From positions 1 to 31,666 of IMG/VR virus record IMGVR_UViG_3300031647_000033: 31,666 nt of DNA; one strand, written 5' to 3'. Within the stretch, counting starts at the first letter, position 1, and the number at the start of each line of letters is the position of its first letter. The position numbers and the translations under genes are program-made. The notes beneath the pieces are model-generated. The model did no database searches. It was not told the origin of the DNA and saw nothing but the letters and a program-made list of their open reading frames with translations. Of this stretch, positions 1 through 8,054 are shown in pieces. The DNA comes from a virus. Taxonomy: Duplodnaviria; Caudoviricetes.

Positions 1-2
1 GG

Positions 3-200
3 GTTTATGTACATAACATGGAAGTCGATGCTATGTTTGACTTCATTAATGGAAGATCAGATAACATGCCAGACTATTGGCTGAATAGCGATAACGTACC
101 CTTCTCAGTTTCAGGAGGTTACATTGAAGTTTCTATAGATTATATAACATATTCTCACATGAGAAGCATTAAGGAACACCAATCACCACTCGATATATGA
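3..200 (+). CDS. hypothetical protein, probably 5'-truncated by the window edge
   Basis: Frame is open from position 3 through the ATG at 18; its TGA overlaps the galE ATG (ATGA coupling). Confidence 0.6.
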   Translation, partial: VYVHNMEVDAMFDFINGRSDNMPDYWLNSDNVPFSVSGGYIEVSIDYITYSHMRSIKEHQSPLDI

Positions 201-1195
201 AAAAGATAATAGTCACAGGAGGAGCCGGATATATCGGTTCTCATACTGTGGTAGAACTATGGAAATCGGGATATACTCCGATAATAGTAGATAATTTCTC
301 GAATACAACTAAAGATAACATTAAGGGCATTGAATCAATAATAGCAACAGGTATAAAATACTATAACGTAGATTGTGCTGATGTTAGTGCATTGTATGAT
401 GTGTTTAAAGATGTTGGAGAGGGAATTGCTGGTGTAATACACTTTGCTGCTTTCAAATCTGTAGGAGAATCTGTAAAAAATCCTAGTAAGTATTTTAAGA
501 ACAATGTAGGTTCATTGGAATCATTGATGGATGTGATGAGCACTTTTAAAGTTAACAATCTAATATTCTCATCTTCATGTTCAGTGTATGGCAATGCTGA
601 CAAGCTTCCAGTAACTGAAAGCACACCGTTCAAACCAGCAGAATCTCCATACGCTGAAACAAAACAGATCTGTGAAAATATAATAAACGAATCTATTAAA
701 ATAAACAGCGTTGCCTTAAGGTACTTTAATCCTATAGGTTCTCATGAAAGTGCACTCATAGGAGATAGGTCAAATGACAAACCTTCTAATTTAGTACCAG
801 TTATTACAACAGCATTGAAATATGGAAATGGAATAACAGTGTATGGAGATGATTATGAAACTATCGATGGAACATGTATTCGTGATTATATTCATGTTGT
901 TGATTTAGCTAAATCTCATGTATCTGCTCTCAAGTATATAAACTCACGTGAAGGTAAATACGTATTTAACGTTGGAACTGGAAAGGGTGTCAGTGTACTT
1001 GAAGCTATTAAGAGTTTTGAAGAGGCAACTGGAGAACGTATAGATTATACCATAGGTGATAGACGAGAAGGAGATGTTGTAGAAGTATATTCAGATTGTT
1101 CTTTAATAGAGAAGGAATTTAAATGGTTCGCTGAAAAAACTCTAGGAGATTGTATGAAAGATTCCTGGAATTGGGAAATGAATAGACGAATGTAA
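197..1195 (+). CDS. galE: UDP-glucose 4-epimerase
   Basis: VTGGAGYIGSH Rossmann motif, HFAAFKSVGES, FSSSCSVYG, catalytic YAETK (YxxxK), LRYFNPIG, DGTCIRDYIHVVDLA; 332 aa. Confidence 0.95.
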   Translation: MKKIIVTGGAGYIGSHTVVELWKSGYTPIIVDNFSNTTKDNIKGIESIIATGIKYYNVDCADVSALYDVFKDVGEGIAGVIHFAAFKSVGESVKNPSKYFKNNVGSLESLMDVMSTFKVNNLIFSSSCSVYGNADKLPVTESTPFKPAESPYAETKQICENIINESIKINSVALRYFNPIGSHESALIGDRSNDKPSNLVPVITTALKYGNGITVYGDDYETIDGTCIRDYIHVVDLAKSHVSALKYINSREGKYVFNVGTGKGVSVLEAIKSFEEATGERIDYTIGDRREGDVVEVYSDCSLIEKEFKWFAEKTLGDCMKDSWNWEMNRRM

Positions 1196-1220
1196 TTGAA
1201 AATAAATTGAAAATAAACTG

Positions 1221-1249
1221 CCCGAGATTTTTTAGTCTCGGGTTTTTTT
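1221..1249 (+). terminator. intrinsic terminator-like hairpin within cassette A
   Basis: 7-bp stem CCCGAGA/TCTCGGG followed by TTTTTTT, just after the galE stop. Confidence 0.65.
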
Positions 1250-1259
1250 GTTATATTTA
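1231..1259 (+). promoter_or_regulatory. putative early promoter, Bacteroidota-like
   Basis: TTTA-N17-TATATTTA, conserved in all cassette copies (N16 in one); resembles the Bacteroidota -33 TTTG / -7 TAnnTTTG consensus. Confidence 0.7.
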
Positions 1260-1286
1260 CTTTATAACCAATTAAAACTAACAAAG

Positions 1287-1586
1287 ATGGATATACCTAA
1301 AAGCTTTAAACTGTTTGCGACAACAGTTACTGTAAATTATGATAGTTTGAGACTAAGTAACGAATCTGTATTAGGAGAATCTAATGTTACAGATAATTTA
1401 ATTACTTTATGTGAAAACTACAAAGGAGATAATCTAGACAAATCGATTATATTAGATACATATTACCACGAAAAGGTACATTTTATTCTAGATACAATGG
1501 GAGAGCATACAATGTCTCGGAATGAAAAATTCGTAGAGGTTTTCTCTAGGTTACTTCGACAATCAGATGAAACAACAAAATACTAA
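1287..1586 (+). CDS. small HExxH-motif protein (metallopeptidase-like)
   Basis: YYHEKVHFIL followed by NEKFVE; start moved to ATG 1287 because 1248-1286 lies inside the promoter repeat. Confidence 0.65.
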   Translation: MDIPKSFKLFATTVTVNYDSLRLSNESVLGESNVTDNLITLCENYKGDNLDKSIILDTYYHEKVHFILDTMGEHTMSRNEKFVEVFSRLLRQSDETTKY

Positions 1587-1596
1587 AACAAATAAT

Positions 1597-1770
1597 ATGG
1601 GAGTAGAAGAATTCTTAAATTCAAAACTTATTGAGTTGAATATAAATAATGCCGATGATATGGGCTATAGAGATATGATAATAATGTTAGACGAATACGC
1701 TAACTTAAAAGCATTAGAACTCAAAGCTCATGTTACTGAAAGCTTATCAAAAAAATATGAATTAAATTAA
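1597..1770 (+). CDS. hypothetical protein
   Basis: ATG at 1597 after A-rich leader avoids overlap with the upstream gene; tightly packed with the next ORF. Confidence 0.6.
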   Translation: MGVEEFLNSKLIELNINNADDMGYRDMIIMLDEYANLKALELKAHVTESLSKKYELN

Positions 1771-1771
1771 T

Positions 1772-1987
1772 ATGGACGGAATTAGAGCACTTATGGCTAA
1801 TATTATAGTAGCCGAAGGAAAAGGTGAACAAGTGAAGGCTTGCAAGGACCTTGAAGATCGCGTAAATCAATATGTGAAGCATTCGGTAATAAATGAGTTG
1901 GAGAATGCTCTTAAAACTGGCGATGAGGCTTTGGCTGTTGTATATGGATTAGAAGATAGAATAGCTGAACTCAAAAACAACGCATAG
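1772..1987 (+). CDS. hypothetical protein (helical)
   Basis: 71 aa ORF, 1 nt after previous stop, ends just before the next cassette. Confidence 0.7.
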   Translation: MDGIRALMANIIVAEGKGEQVKACKDLEDRVNQYVKHSVINELENALKTGDEALAVVYGLEDRIAELKNNA

Positions 1988-1999
1988 CAAAATAAATTA

Positions 2000-2068
2000 A
2001 AAATAAACACACAGGATTTTTTACTGTCAAGCTTATTTGTTATATTTACTTATAACCAATTAAAACTA
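2000..2068 (+). promoter_or_regulatory. promoter cassette type B
   Basis: AAAATAAACACACAGGATTTTTTACTGTCAAGCTTATTTGTTATATTTACTTATAACCAATTAA; near-identical to the copy at 2855-2918; TATATTTA at 2041-2048. Confidence 0.85.
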
Positions 2069-2074
2069 TCTACT

Positions 2075-2356
2075 ATGACTTATTCTCAAATCGTTAAAGC
2101 AATTGCAACTTCAAATCTTTCTACGGAGCAATTAGAAAACATCAACACACTTGTTGTTGACACTATCAACTCAAACAGAGTTACATCAGATAATATAACT
2201 AAAGCATCCCTTAAGATTGGAATGACAGTTCAAGTTGCTGATAGAAGTTGTTTAAATACAGATTTCAAAATTATTAAAATTAATAAGACGAAAGTTGTTG
2301 TTAGTGATAGTCGTAACAGAAGTCTTAATGTTCCTATTAGTTTATTAGTATTCTAA
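2075..2356 (+). CDS. hypothetical protein, C-terminal SH3/KOW-like beta barrel
   Basis: LKIGMTVQV...FKIIKINKTKVVV...LNVPISLL pattern; single gene between two cassettes. Confidence 0.7.
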   Translation: MTYSQIVKAIATSNLSTEQLENINTLVVDTINSNRVTSDNITKASLKIGMTVQVADRSCLNTDFKIIKINKTKVVVSDSRNRSLNVPISLLVF

Positions 2357-2431
2357 TTGAAAATAAACTGCCCGAGATTTTTTAGTCTCGGGTTTTTTTG
2401 TTATATTTACTCTATAACCAATTAAAACTAA
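2357..2431 (+). repeat. promoter/stem-loop cassette type A, copy 2
   Basis: 75 bp with one mismatch (2412) to copy 1; hairpin 2371-2392, TATATTTA 2402-2409. Confidence 0.95.
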
Positions 2432-2640
2432 TGACTATGAAAATAAAAGAAATACTATCAAGACCAACGACTATAGATAATATACACGAGAGCTGTTTCA
2501 GAAGTTACGGTATATTACGAGTAGTTACTCATATGATAGAACGTGGTGATTCCAAGGAAACTATACTCGAATTGATAGAGTTCCTTAGAGAACATGAAAG
2601 TGATGTTAATACATCAGAAATAAAAAGACAATCTAACTAA
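2431..2640 (+). CDS. hypothetical protein
   Basis: ATG at 2431 (or 2437) directly after cassette; upstream TTG extension lies in the repeat. Confidence 0.7.
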   Translation: MTMKIKEILSRPTTIDNIHESCFRSYGILRVVTHMIERGDSKETILELIEFLREHESDVNTSEIKRQSN

Positions 2641-2652
2641 AAGAAAAACAAG

Positions 2653-2844
2653 ATGGAAAATCAAACAACATTAGAACATTTAAAAAGTACAATGCGCAGA
2701 ATGCCATTAAACCTCAACGCTGATTGGAACGATAAAATCGATACATGTAAAAGCAGTAAAGAATTAATGATATTAATTAATAGTGAAGCGACTGTTAGTG
2801 AGAAGGATTACTTTACAAGCATGATCGTTGCTTCAATTAATTAA
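2653..2844 (+). CDS. hypothetical protein
   Basis: 63 aa ORF with A-rich leader AAAAACAAGATG. Confidence 0.7.
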   Translation: MENQTTLEHLKSTMRRMPLNLNADWNDKIDTCKSSKELMILINSEATVSEKDYFTSMIVASIN

Positions 2845-2854
2845 AAATAAATTG

Positions 2855-2925
2855 AAAATAAACGCACAGGATTTTTTACTGTCAAGTTTATTTGTTATAT
2901 TTACTTATAACCAATTAATACTAAC
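2855..2925 (+). promoter_or_regulatory. promoter cassette type B
   Basis: Near-identical to the copy at 2000-2063; TATATTTA at 2896-2903. Confidence 0.85.
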
Positions 2926-2941
2926 TAAACGCTAAAATATC

Positions 2942-3157
2942 ATGGAAAACACTGCTACACAATTAGTACAAGACATTAAAGATGCAAATGCAGTAAGCGA
3001 CACTTTCGTTCACTATGAACATCCTGAACATGATGTTAATATATGGTTCAGTAGAGTATCAGGTAATTGGATCTTGGAATTCGACGGTAAAACCGTGAAG
3101 GAATCTAAACACGTAGAGGGAATAGTTAATACGTTAGTTGATATGAAAATAATATAA
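2942..3157 (+). CDS. hypothetical protein
   Basis: 71 aa ORF downstream of cassette. Confidence 0.7.
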   Translation: MENTATQLVQDIKDANAVSDTFVHYEHPEHDVNIWFSRVSGNWILEFDGKTVKESKHVEGIVNTLVDMKII

Positions 3158-3187
3158 GGTTCAATAGATTAATTTAAAATAAATGAT

Positions 3188-3412
3188 ATGAGTACTACAT
3201 TCGGAATTAAAATACCATTGACCGGAGAAATAAAACCAATAGCCCGAAGAGTTGGTATTGGAAACGGTGAAGTCGATGTATACTTCACAGATGATTCGGC
3301 AGAATTGTTACCTAACGATTTAGATATAATAGCCATAGATAACAGCAACCAAGGTATTTATACTATAGGTGATATTAAAGATCACATCAATAATCATAAG
3401 AAAACAAAATGA
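3188..3412 (+). CDS. hypothetical protein
   Basis: 74 aa ORF; TGA overlaps next ATG. Confidence 0.7.
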   Translation: MSTTFGIKIPLTGEIKPIARRVGIGNGEVDVYFTDDSAELLPNDLDIIAIDNSNQGIYTIGDIKDHINNHKKTK

Positions 3413-3573
3413 ACAGTAACGTAAAAGTATATCGAGATATAGTACTTAGCATATCAGTTAATTATTACGAGCTGCCAAGGAAAGCTAAGAAAAAAGAAAA
3501 CAAACGCATCGGGACACAGATCACGAAAGCTCTCGAATGTTACATTGAAAATCTCACTAACTTACAGAAATAA
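3409..3573 (+). CDS. small basic hypothetical protein (54 aa, not in ORF track)
   Basis: Hand-translated MNSNVKVYRD...ELPRKAKKKENKR...LQK; ATGA overlap with upstream stop; fills the gap. Confidence 0.6.
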   Translation: MNSNVKVYRDIVLSISVNYYELPRKAKKKENKRIGTQITKALECYIENLTNLQK

Positions 3574-3604
3574 AACAAACTAACAATCCATTATATAATA
3601 TCCT

Positions 3605-3832
3605 ATGGCTAAGACAAAGAAAGATACTACGATTTATGTTAAGACACCTAAAATAGGTCAGACTTACATGTTCTCATTTGCTGGGAGTGTTCATTCCGGT
3701 TCATTATATTCTAAGAATGAAAAACTTACAAACCAATATAACGAACCATGGTACACTATGTTAGATAATAAAGGTACTAAATATCCTGTAAGTATCTTTA
3801 CACTAAGACATATCGAATCACCTAAAAAATAA
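3605..3832 (+). CDS. hypothetical protein (SH3-like)
   Basis: 75 aa; PKIGQTYMF...KGTKYPVSIFTL; TATATAA just upstream. Confidence 0.7.
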   Translation: MAKTKKDTTIYVKTPKIGQTYMFSFAGSVHSGSLYSKNEKLTNQYNEPWYTMLDNKGTKYPVSIFTLRHIESPKK

Positions 3833-3835
3833 ACA

Positions 3836-4582
3836 ATGTATAATAACGCAGAATTAAAAGGAATGCTCTTCATTGACATCGAAACGAGCACAGCAGCGAA
3901 AGATTTAGACGGGTTTGCTAAAATAGTAGGTCCTAATGCTAAACAGCACTGGGAAAAGAAAGCAAAGTATGTCAGATTAAACTCACCAGAGTATATTGAC
4001 CATAGTGATGATCGCTTATATCAATTAGATGCTGCCCTCTATCCTGAATTCGGTAAGACTGTAGTTATTACTATAGGACAAATAACATTCACTGAAGGCT
4101 CACAGCCGACCCCTAAGATAAAGTCATTTTATGGAGATAATGAGAAAGACGTATTAGAAGAATTTATGGGAGCAATGGCTCGTATCTTTGTCGCTAATCC
4201 AAATATAAAATTAGTTGGACATAATGTGAAAGGTTTTGATTTACCATATCTAATTAAACGATCTATCATAAATGGCGTGAACATTCCAGATAAAATGCAA
4301 TTGCATAAATTAAAACCATGGGAGAACTGTTTATTAGATACCAATGAAATCTGGAAATCAGGTGGATGGAACGGTGGAGCTTCTTTAAGTTTGATTTGTG
4401 ATCTATTAAACATACCATCACCTAAACAAAACATGTATGGTGGTGAAGTTGCTGAAGCTTATTGGAATGGACGTCTCGAAGAGATCAAAGAATATTGCGA
4501 AGCTGATGTAGCTGCAACTATGAACATCATGTTAAAGCTATCACACAAGGAATTAGTAATTATGGAGGAGTCTCCATTTTAA
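3836..4582 (+). CDS. 3'-5' exonuclease, PolB-exonuclease-like (DEDDy) stand-alone
   Basis: ExoI FIDIET, ExoII GHNVKGFDLPYL, ExoIII YCEADV; KPWE...LDT pattern typical of the family. Confidence 0.9.
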   Translation: MYNNAELKGMLFIDIETSTAAKDLDGFAKIVGPNAKQHWEKKAKYVRLNSPEYIDHSDDRLYQLDAALYPEFGKTVVITIGQITFTEGSQPTPKIKSFYGDNEKDVLEEFMGAMARIFVANPNIKLVGHNVKGFDLPYLIKRSIINGVNIPDKMQLHKLKPWENCLLDTNEIWKSGGWNGGASLSLICDLLNIPSPKQNMYGGEVAEAYWNGRLEEIKEYCEADVAATMNIMLKLSHKELVIMEESPF

Positions 4583-4593
4583 ATATATATAAT

Positions 4594-4668
4594 ATGTACG
4601 AACATTACAACGAATGGTTTCCTGAAGAAAACGAAACCTCAACATTAATTAAAAAAACAGAAAAGTAA
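4594..4668 (+). CDS. possible 24-aa microprotein
   Basis: MYEHYNEWFPEENETSTLIKKTEK follows AATATATA motif and ends 2 nt before next ATG. Confidence 0.35.
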   Translation: MYEHYNEWFPEENETSTLIKKTEK

Positions 4669-4670
4669 TT

Positions 4671-5000
4671 ATGGGAATATTTAAAGATATTAAAGACGGA
4701 TGGGGAAACTACCTCAATGCATTTTCAAACTATGACAATTTACCTGAAGATGTTAAAGACCTTGCAGAAAAAAGAGCAGCAATTTGTAAAACATGTCCAA
4801 ATCTAGTAGAATCTGGTACGTTTACGTTTATTGAGAAACTCATGCCAGGTGGTGCTAAACATAAAGTAAGAGCTGCGTTTAATCCTAAAGAACATAAAAA
4901 GGATGATGCTGTTACGGGTTACAAATGTAATCAATGTGGTTGCCAATTTCCTGCGATGGTTTTTGCTAAAGCAAAAGAATGTCCAGCAAAAAAGTGGTAA
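4671..5000 (+). CDS. Cys-rich putative metal-binding protein
   Basis: RAAICKTCP ... CNQCGC ... CPAKKW. Confidence 0.75.
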   Translation: MGIFKDIKDGWGNYLNAFSNYDNLPEDVKDLAEKRAAICKTCPNLVESGTFTFIEKLMPGGAKHKVRAAFNPKEHKKDDAVTGYKCNQCGCQFPAMVFAKAKECPAKKW

Positions 5001-5058
5001 AATAAACACCAAAAAGTTTTTTACTGTCAGATTTATTTGTTATATTTAACTATAATTA
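4999..5058 (+). promoter_or_regulatory. promoter cassette, diverged type B
   Basis: AAAATAAACAC...TTTTTTACTGTCAGATTTATTTGTTATATTTA; TATATTTA at 5041-5048 with N17 spacing. Confidence 0.75.
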
Positions 5059-5071
5059 AAAACAAACAACT

Positions 5072-5353
5072 ATGGATGATGAAATGATGGACTTCGAAGA
5101 CGAAATGTACAGCGAACAAGAACAATCAATGCTGAAAGATCGCATGAAAGATGCTCTTGCTCGAAAGAATTTCGAAGCTGTAAATAGTGGTGATATAGAT
5201 TTCAATAATTTGAATGGAGATTACCAACAACATGAAATAGAGAAAACTCTCAGTGATATGCTTGAGCATTTTACAGAAAGTGAAGAGTATGAAAAATGTA
5301 CGATTATTCTAAAAGCTCTCAATGAAGTTAAAGGAAACTTAAAAACAGTGTAA
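5072..5353 (+). CDS. acidic protein with C-terminal UVR-like motif (paralog 1)
   Basis: LEHFTESEEYEKCTIILKAL. Confidence 0.75.
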   Translation: MDDEMMDFEDEMYSEQEQSMLKDRMKDALARKNFEAVNSGDIDFNNLNGDYQQHEIEKTLSDMLEHFTESEEYEKCTIILKALNEVKGNLKTV

Positions 5354-6162
5354 TGGACGAAGTAATTAAAAATGATATAACATTTGGGCATCTTATGATG
5401 CTTGGAGATACTCATGGTAATACCTTGCAGATAGCTCCTCAATTACTTATGCGATATGATTTGAATAATACTGAAAAATCTAAAGCGATCGTTCATGTTG
5501 GAGATTTCGGTTTAGGTTTTTCATCGATCGATGGAGACATGAAAGCCTTACATATCGCCAATGCTCGTTTAAAGAAGTACAACACCTTTTTGTATATCAT
5601 CAGGGGTAACCACGACGATCCTAAGTGGTTTAATAACCATGAGTATATGGAAAATACAAAAAAAGATGGAGAGATCGAGAACATCATCCTAGTACCTGAC
5701 CATACGATACTAGCTCTTACAATAGAAGGTAGAGAAAAGCCTGTAAAAATATATTGTAATGGTGGAGCATACTCTATTGATAGAACATTGAGAACTGAAG
5801 GTAAATCATATTGGGCTGACGAACCATTTAAATGTTTAAGTAAATCTCAGTTAGATGAGATACCTAATGATTTAGATATTATAGTTACTCATACTAGACC
5901 TAATGGTGTTTGGCCTACTGATAAGTCAGGTATTGAACATTGGTTGCTAAAAGACATGGGATTATATAGAGATATCGAAGAGGAAGGTTCTTGGATGAAA
6001 GACATGTTTGATTCTATAAAAGAAAAACAAGATTCTTTCTTACACTTCTATGGACATTTCCATGAGAGTCATAAAGAACATTTCGAATACGATAACAAAA
6101 AGTTTACACATCAGTGTTTAAATATTGACGAATTAGTAGAAGTCAGGATTGAACAATTATAA
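5353..6162 (+). CDS. calcineurin-like metallophosphoesterase
   Basis: GDTHG, HVGDFG, RGNHD, VTHT, GHFH motifs; GGAYSIDR. Confidence 0.92.
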   Translation: MDEVIKNDITFGHLMMLGDTHGNTLQIAPQLLMRYDLNNTEKSKAIVHVGDFGLGFSSIDGDMKALHIANARLKKYNTFLYIIRGNHDDPKWFNNHEYMENTKKDGEIENIILVPDHTILALTIEGREKPVKIYCNGGAYSIDRTLRTEGKSYWADEPFKCLSKSQLDEIPNDLDIIVTHTRPNGVWPTDKSGIEHWLLKDMGLYRDIEEEGSWMKDMFDSIKEKQDSFLHFYGHFHESHKEHFEYDNKKFTHQCLNIDELVEVRIEQL

Positions 6163-6172
6163 CACGAATAAT

Positions 6173-6367
6173 ATGAGAAATGCTGAAGAGATATTAGATA
6201 CGTATGAGTACATTGAACATGACGGTGAAACTGTGAGTATTCATGAAGATTTAATTCATGATGCAATGGACGAATATAGAATGGATGCATTTGCAGAGCT
6301 TTTTAACAGAACAAAAGGTGATAGCATTACTATCGAAGAATTAAACAAATTCATTAAAGAACTATAA
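6173..6367 (+). CDS. hypothetical protein
   Basis: ATG 6173 preferred over overlapping TTG 6149. Confidence 0.65.
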   Translation: MRNAEEILDTYEYIEHDGETVSIHEDLIHDAMDEYRMDAFAELFNRTKGDSITIEELNKFIKEL

Positions 6368-6368
6368 C

Positions 6369-6506
6369 ATGACAAAATTGACACCTGAAGAAATATTTGA
6401 AATTAGAGAACTTATCTGTGAGGAAATGGATAGATCTAATGGGAATATACACAAAGACCTTACGTCTGCTTTCACTAAGATGTGTCAGCCAAATGATACA
6501 GAATAA
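6369..6506 (+). CDS. small hypothetical protein (45 aa, not in ORF track)
   Basis: Hand-translated MTKLTPEEIFEIRELICEEMDRS...; 1 nt after previous stop. Confidence 0.6.
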   Translation: MTKLTPEEIFEIRELICEEMDRSNGNIHKDLTSAFTKMCQPNDTE

Positions 6507-6508
6507 TT

Positions 6509-6601
6509 ATGAAACATAGACAATACGAAGATAGCATGCGAATCGCAGTGATATCGATGGCAGGAATAATGGCCATAATACTCATCTTACAATTCATTTA
6601 G
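6509..6601 (+). CDS. 30-aa single-pass membrane peptide (not in ORF track)
   Basis: MKHRQYEDSMRIAVISMAGIMAIILILQFI; hydrophobic C-terminal 19 aa; 2 nt after previous stop. Confidence 0.6.
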   Translation: MKHRQYEDSMRIAVISMAGIMAIILILQFI

Positions 6602-6608
6602 ATATATA
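6601..6608 (+). promoter_or_regulatory. putative late promoter motif GATATATA
   Basis: Same motif recurs in intergenic gaps before structural genes. Confidence 0.55.
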
Positions 6609-6612
6609 ATAC

Positions 6613-6774
6613 ATGGAAGATATATTACAGAACATACTAACACAGCTTACACGTATTGCTGACTGTTATGAAAACAAAGAGAAACGTGAAGTTAGTGAAT
6701 CTCGACGAACTATTAAAAGAGTTAGAGAGAAGAGAATCTTAGAAAAAAAGAACTTTAATAAGAAAACTAAATAG
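6613..6774 (+). CDS. small basic hypothetical protein (53 aa, not in ORF track)
   Basis: MEDILQNILTQLTRIADCYE...KKTK; ends 2 nt before the DnaJ ATG. Confidence 0.65.
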   Translation: MEDILQNILTQLTRIADCYENKEKREVSESRRTIKRVREKRILEKKNFNKKTK

Positions 6775-6776
6775 TT

Positions 6777-7577
6777 ATGTCTTATTATGATACTCTTGGA
6801 GTAGACAAAGAAGCAACGAGCGATGTGATAAAAAAAGCATATCGTAAGTTAGCTAAACAACACCATCCTGATAAAGAAACTGGAAATGCTGATAAGTTCA
6901 AGGAAATATCTGAGGCTTATGAGCATATTGGGGATGACTTGAATCGAAAAAAGTATGATACTGCTCAAACAATGGGTGGTGGAATGAACAATGATTTCTT
7001 TAATGCTTTTAGAAATAGTCCAGGCTTTTCGAGCATGTTCGATGGAGCTTTCGGTACTAGAGCAAAAGGACCGGACATTCGAGCATCTGTTCATTTGAAC
7101 ATTCACGATGTGTATAACGGTACTGAGAAAATGTTTGATCTTGGAGGTTCTAAGTTTAATCTAAGGATCCCTAAAGGAATTCGTAATGGAACACGTCTTA
7201 AAATAAACGGGAGAGGTGGTGAACACCCTATGAATTCTGAAGCTCCTAATGGAGATTTAATAGTTACATGTCACGTATTACCGAGTTCTGAGATTATAGT
7301 AAATGGAAATGATATATGGGTAGATGTAGTTCTACCATTCTATGATTTGATGTTAGGTACAGAAGTTACAATCACAAATGCATTCTATTCTATTAAAGTT
7401 CAGATACCTAAAGGTTCTCATATTGGTAAAGTTTTGCGCATAGCATCTAAAGGTATTCCAATATATAAGACAGAAGGTTATGGTAATTTAATGGTAAAAT
7501 TAAGTAGTGCGATAACCGAATTAAGCGAAGAACAATATAAGTTATTGGAAGAGATAAAAGATATTGGTAAAAAATAA
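6777..7577 (+). CDS. dnaJ: DnaJ-class co-chaperone lacking the Zn finger (CbpA-like)
   Basis: YYDTLGV...IKKAYRKLAKQHHPDK...FKEISEAYE J domain, G/F region, two C-terminal beta domains; no CxxCxGxG. Confidence 0.93.
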   Translation: MSYYDTLGVDKEATSDVIKKAYRKLAKQHHPDKETGNADKFKEISEAYEHIGDDLNRKKYDTAQTMGGGMNNDFFNAFRNSPGFSSMFDGAFGTRAKGPDIRASVHLNIHDVYNGTEKMFDLGGSKFNLRIPKGIRNGTRLKINGRGGEHPMNSEAPNGDLIVTCHVLPSSEIIVNGNDIWVDVVLPFYDLMLGTEVTITNAFYSIKVQIPKGSHIGKVLRIASKGIPIYKTEGYGNLMVKLSSAITELSEEQYKLLEEIKDIGKK

Positions 7578-7586
7578 ATTAAGATT

Positions 7587-7859
7587 ATGATTGGCGAGGA
7601 TGAAACGTATTTCGAATTTGATAACGGAGACGATTGGAATTCAATGGACTATATTCGTGATATGCAGGAAGGTTCTAGAGGAATAATGATGGACGTTGTA
7701 TATAAATCTGTAATAAACAATGAATTAGGTGTATTGAATGCTGATACGCCAAGTAGTAGTAAGATTTCTGCTATTCAACATATATTAGATTTCTTTGAAA
7801 GTACGGAAGATTATGAAAAATGCATGGAATTAAAGAAAATAATCGATAAAATAAAATAA
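7587..7859 (+). CDS. acidic protein with C-terminal UVR-like motif (paralog 2)
   Basis: LDFFESTEDYEKCMELKKII. Confidence 0.75.
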   Translation: MIGEDETYFEFDNGDDWNSMDYIRDMQEGSRGIMMDVVYKSVINNELGVLNADTPSSSKISAIQHILDFFESTEDYEKCMELKKIIDKIK

Positions 7860-7862
7860 AGT

Positions 7863-8054
7863 ATGCTAATAATAAAAGTAGAAGACGGTAAAATCGACAA
7901 GGCTATAAAGCAGATGAGACGTAAAGTCAATAATACTAAACAGAGGGACGAGATAAGAGAACGGGCTCATTTCTCTAAGAAATCTGAAGTTAATAGATTG
8001 AAAATGCAGAAGGCTATTTACATTCAACAGAAAAATCAAGAGGCCTCGGATTAA
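7863..8054 (+). CDS. rpsU: 30S ribosomal protein bS21 (phage-encoded, Bacteroidota type)
   Basis: 63 aa basic; MLIIKVEDGKIDKAIKQMRRKV...EIRERAHFSKKSEVNR...KAIYIQ matches the Flavobacteriia S21 pattern. Confidence 0.92.
   Translation: MLIIKVEDGKIDKAIKQMRRKVNNTKQRDEIRERAHFSKKSEVNRLKMQKAIYIQQKNQEASD

Larger units (their letters stand above)
1207..1289 (+). repeat. promoter/stem-loop cassette type A, copy 1
   Basis: 83 bp identical to 10964-11046; first 75 bp match 2357-2431 with one mismatch. Contains hairpin CCCGAGA-N8-TCTCGGG, T7 tract, TATATTTA box and leader to ATG. Confidence 0.95.

Noticed and set aside
2011-2027. Terminator in type B cassettes
   Set aside because: Only a 4-bp ACAG/CTGT stem and no immediate U tract; too weak to call.
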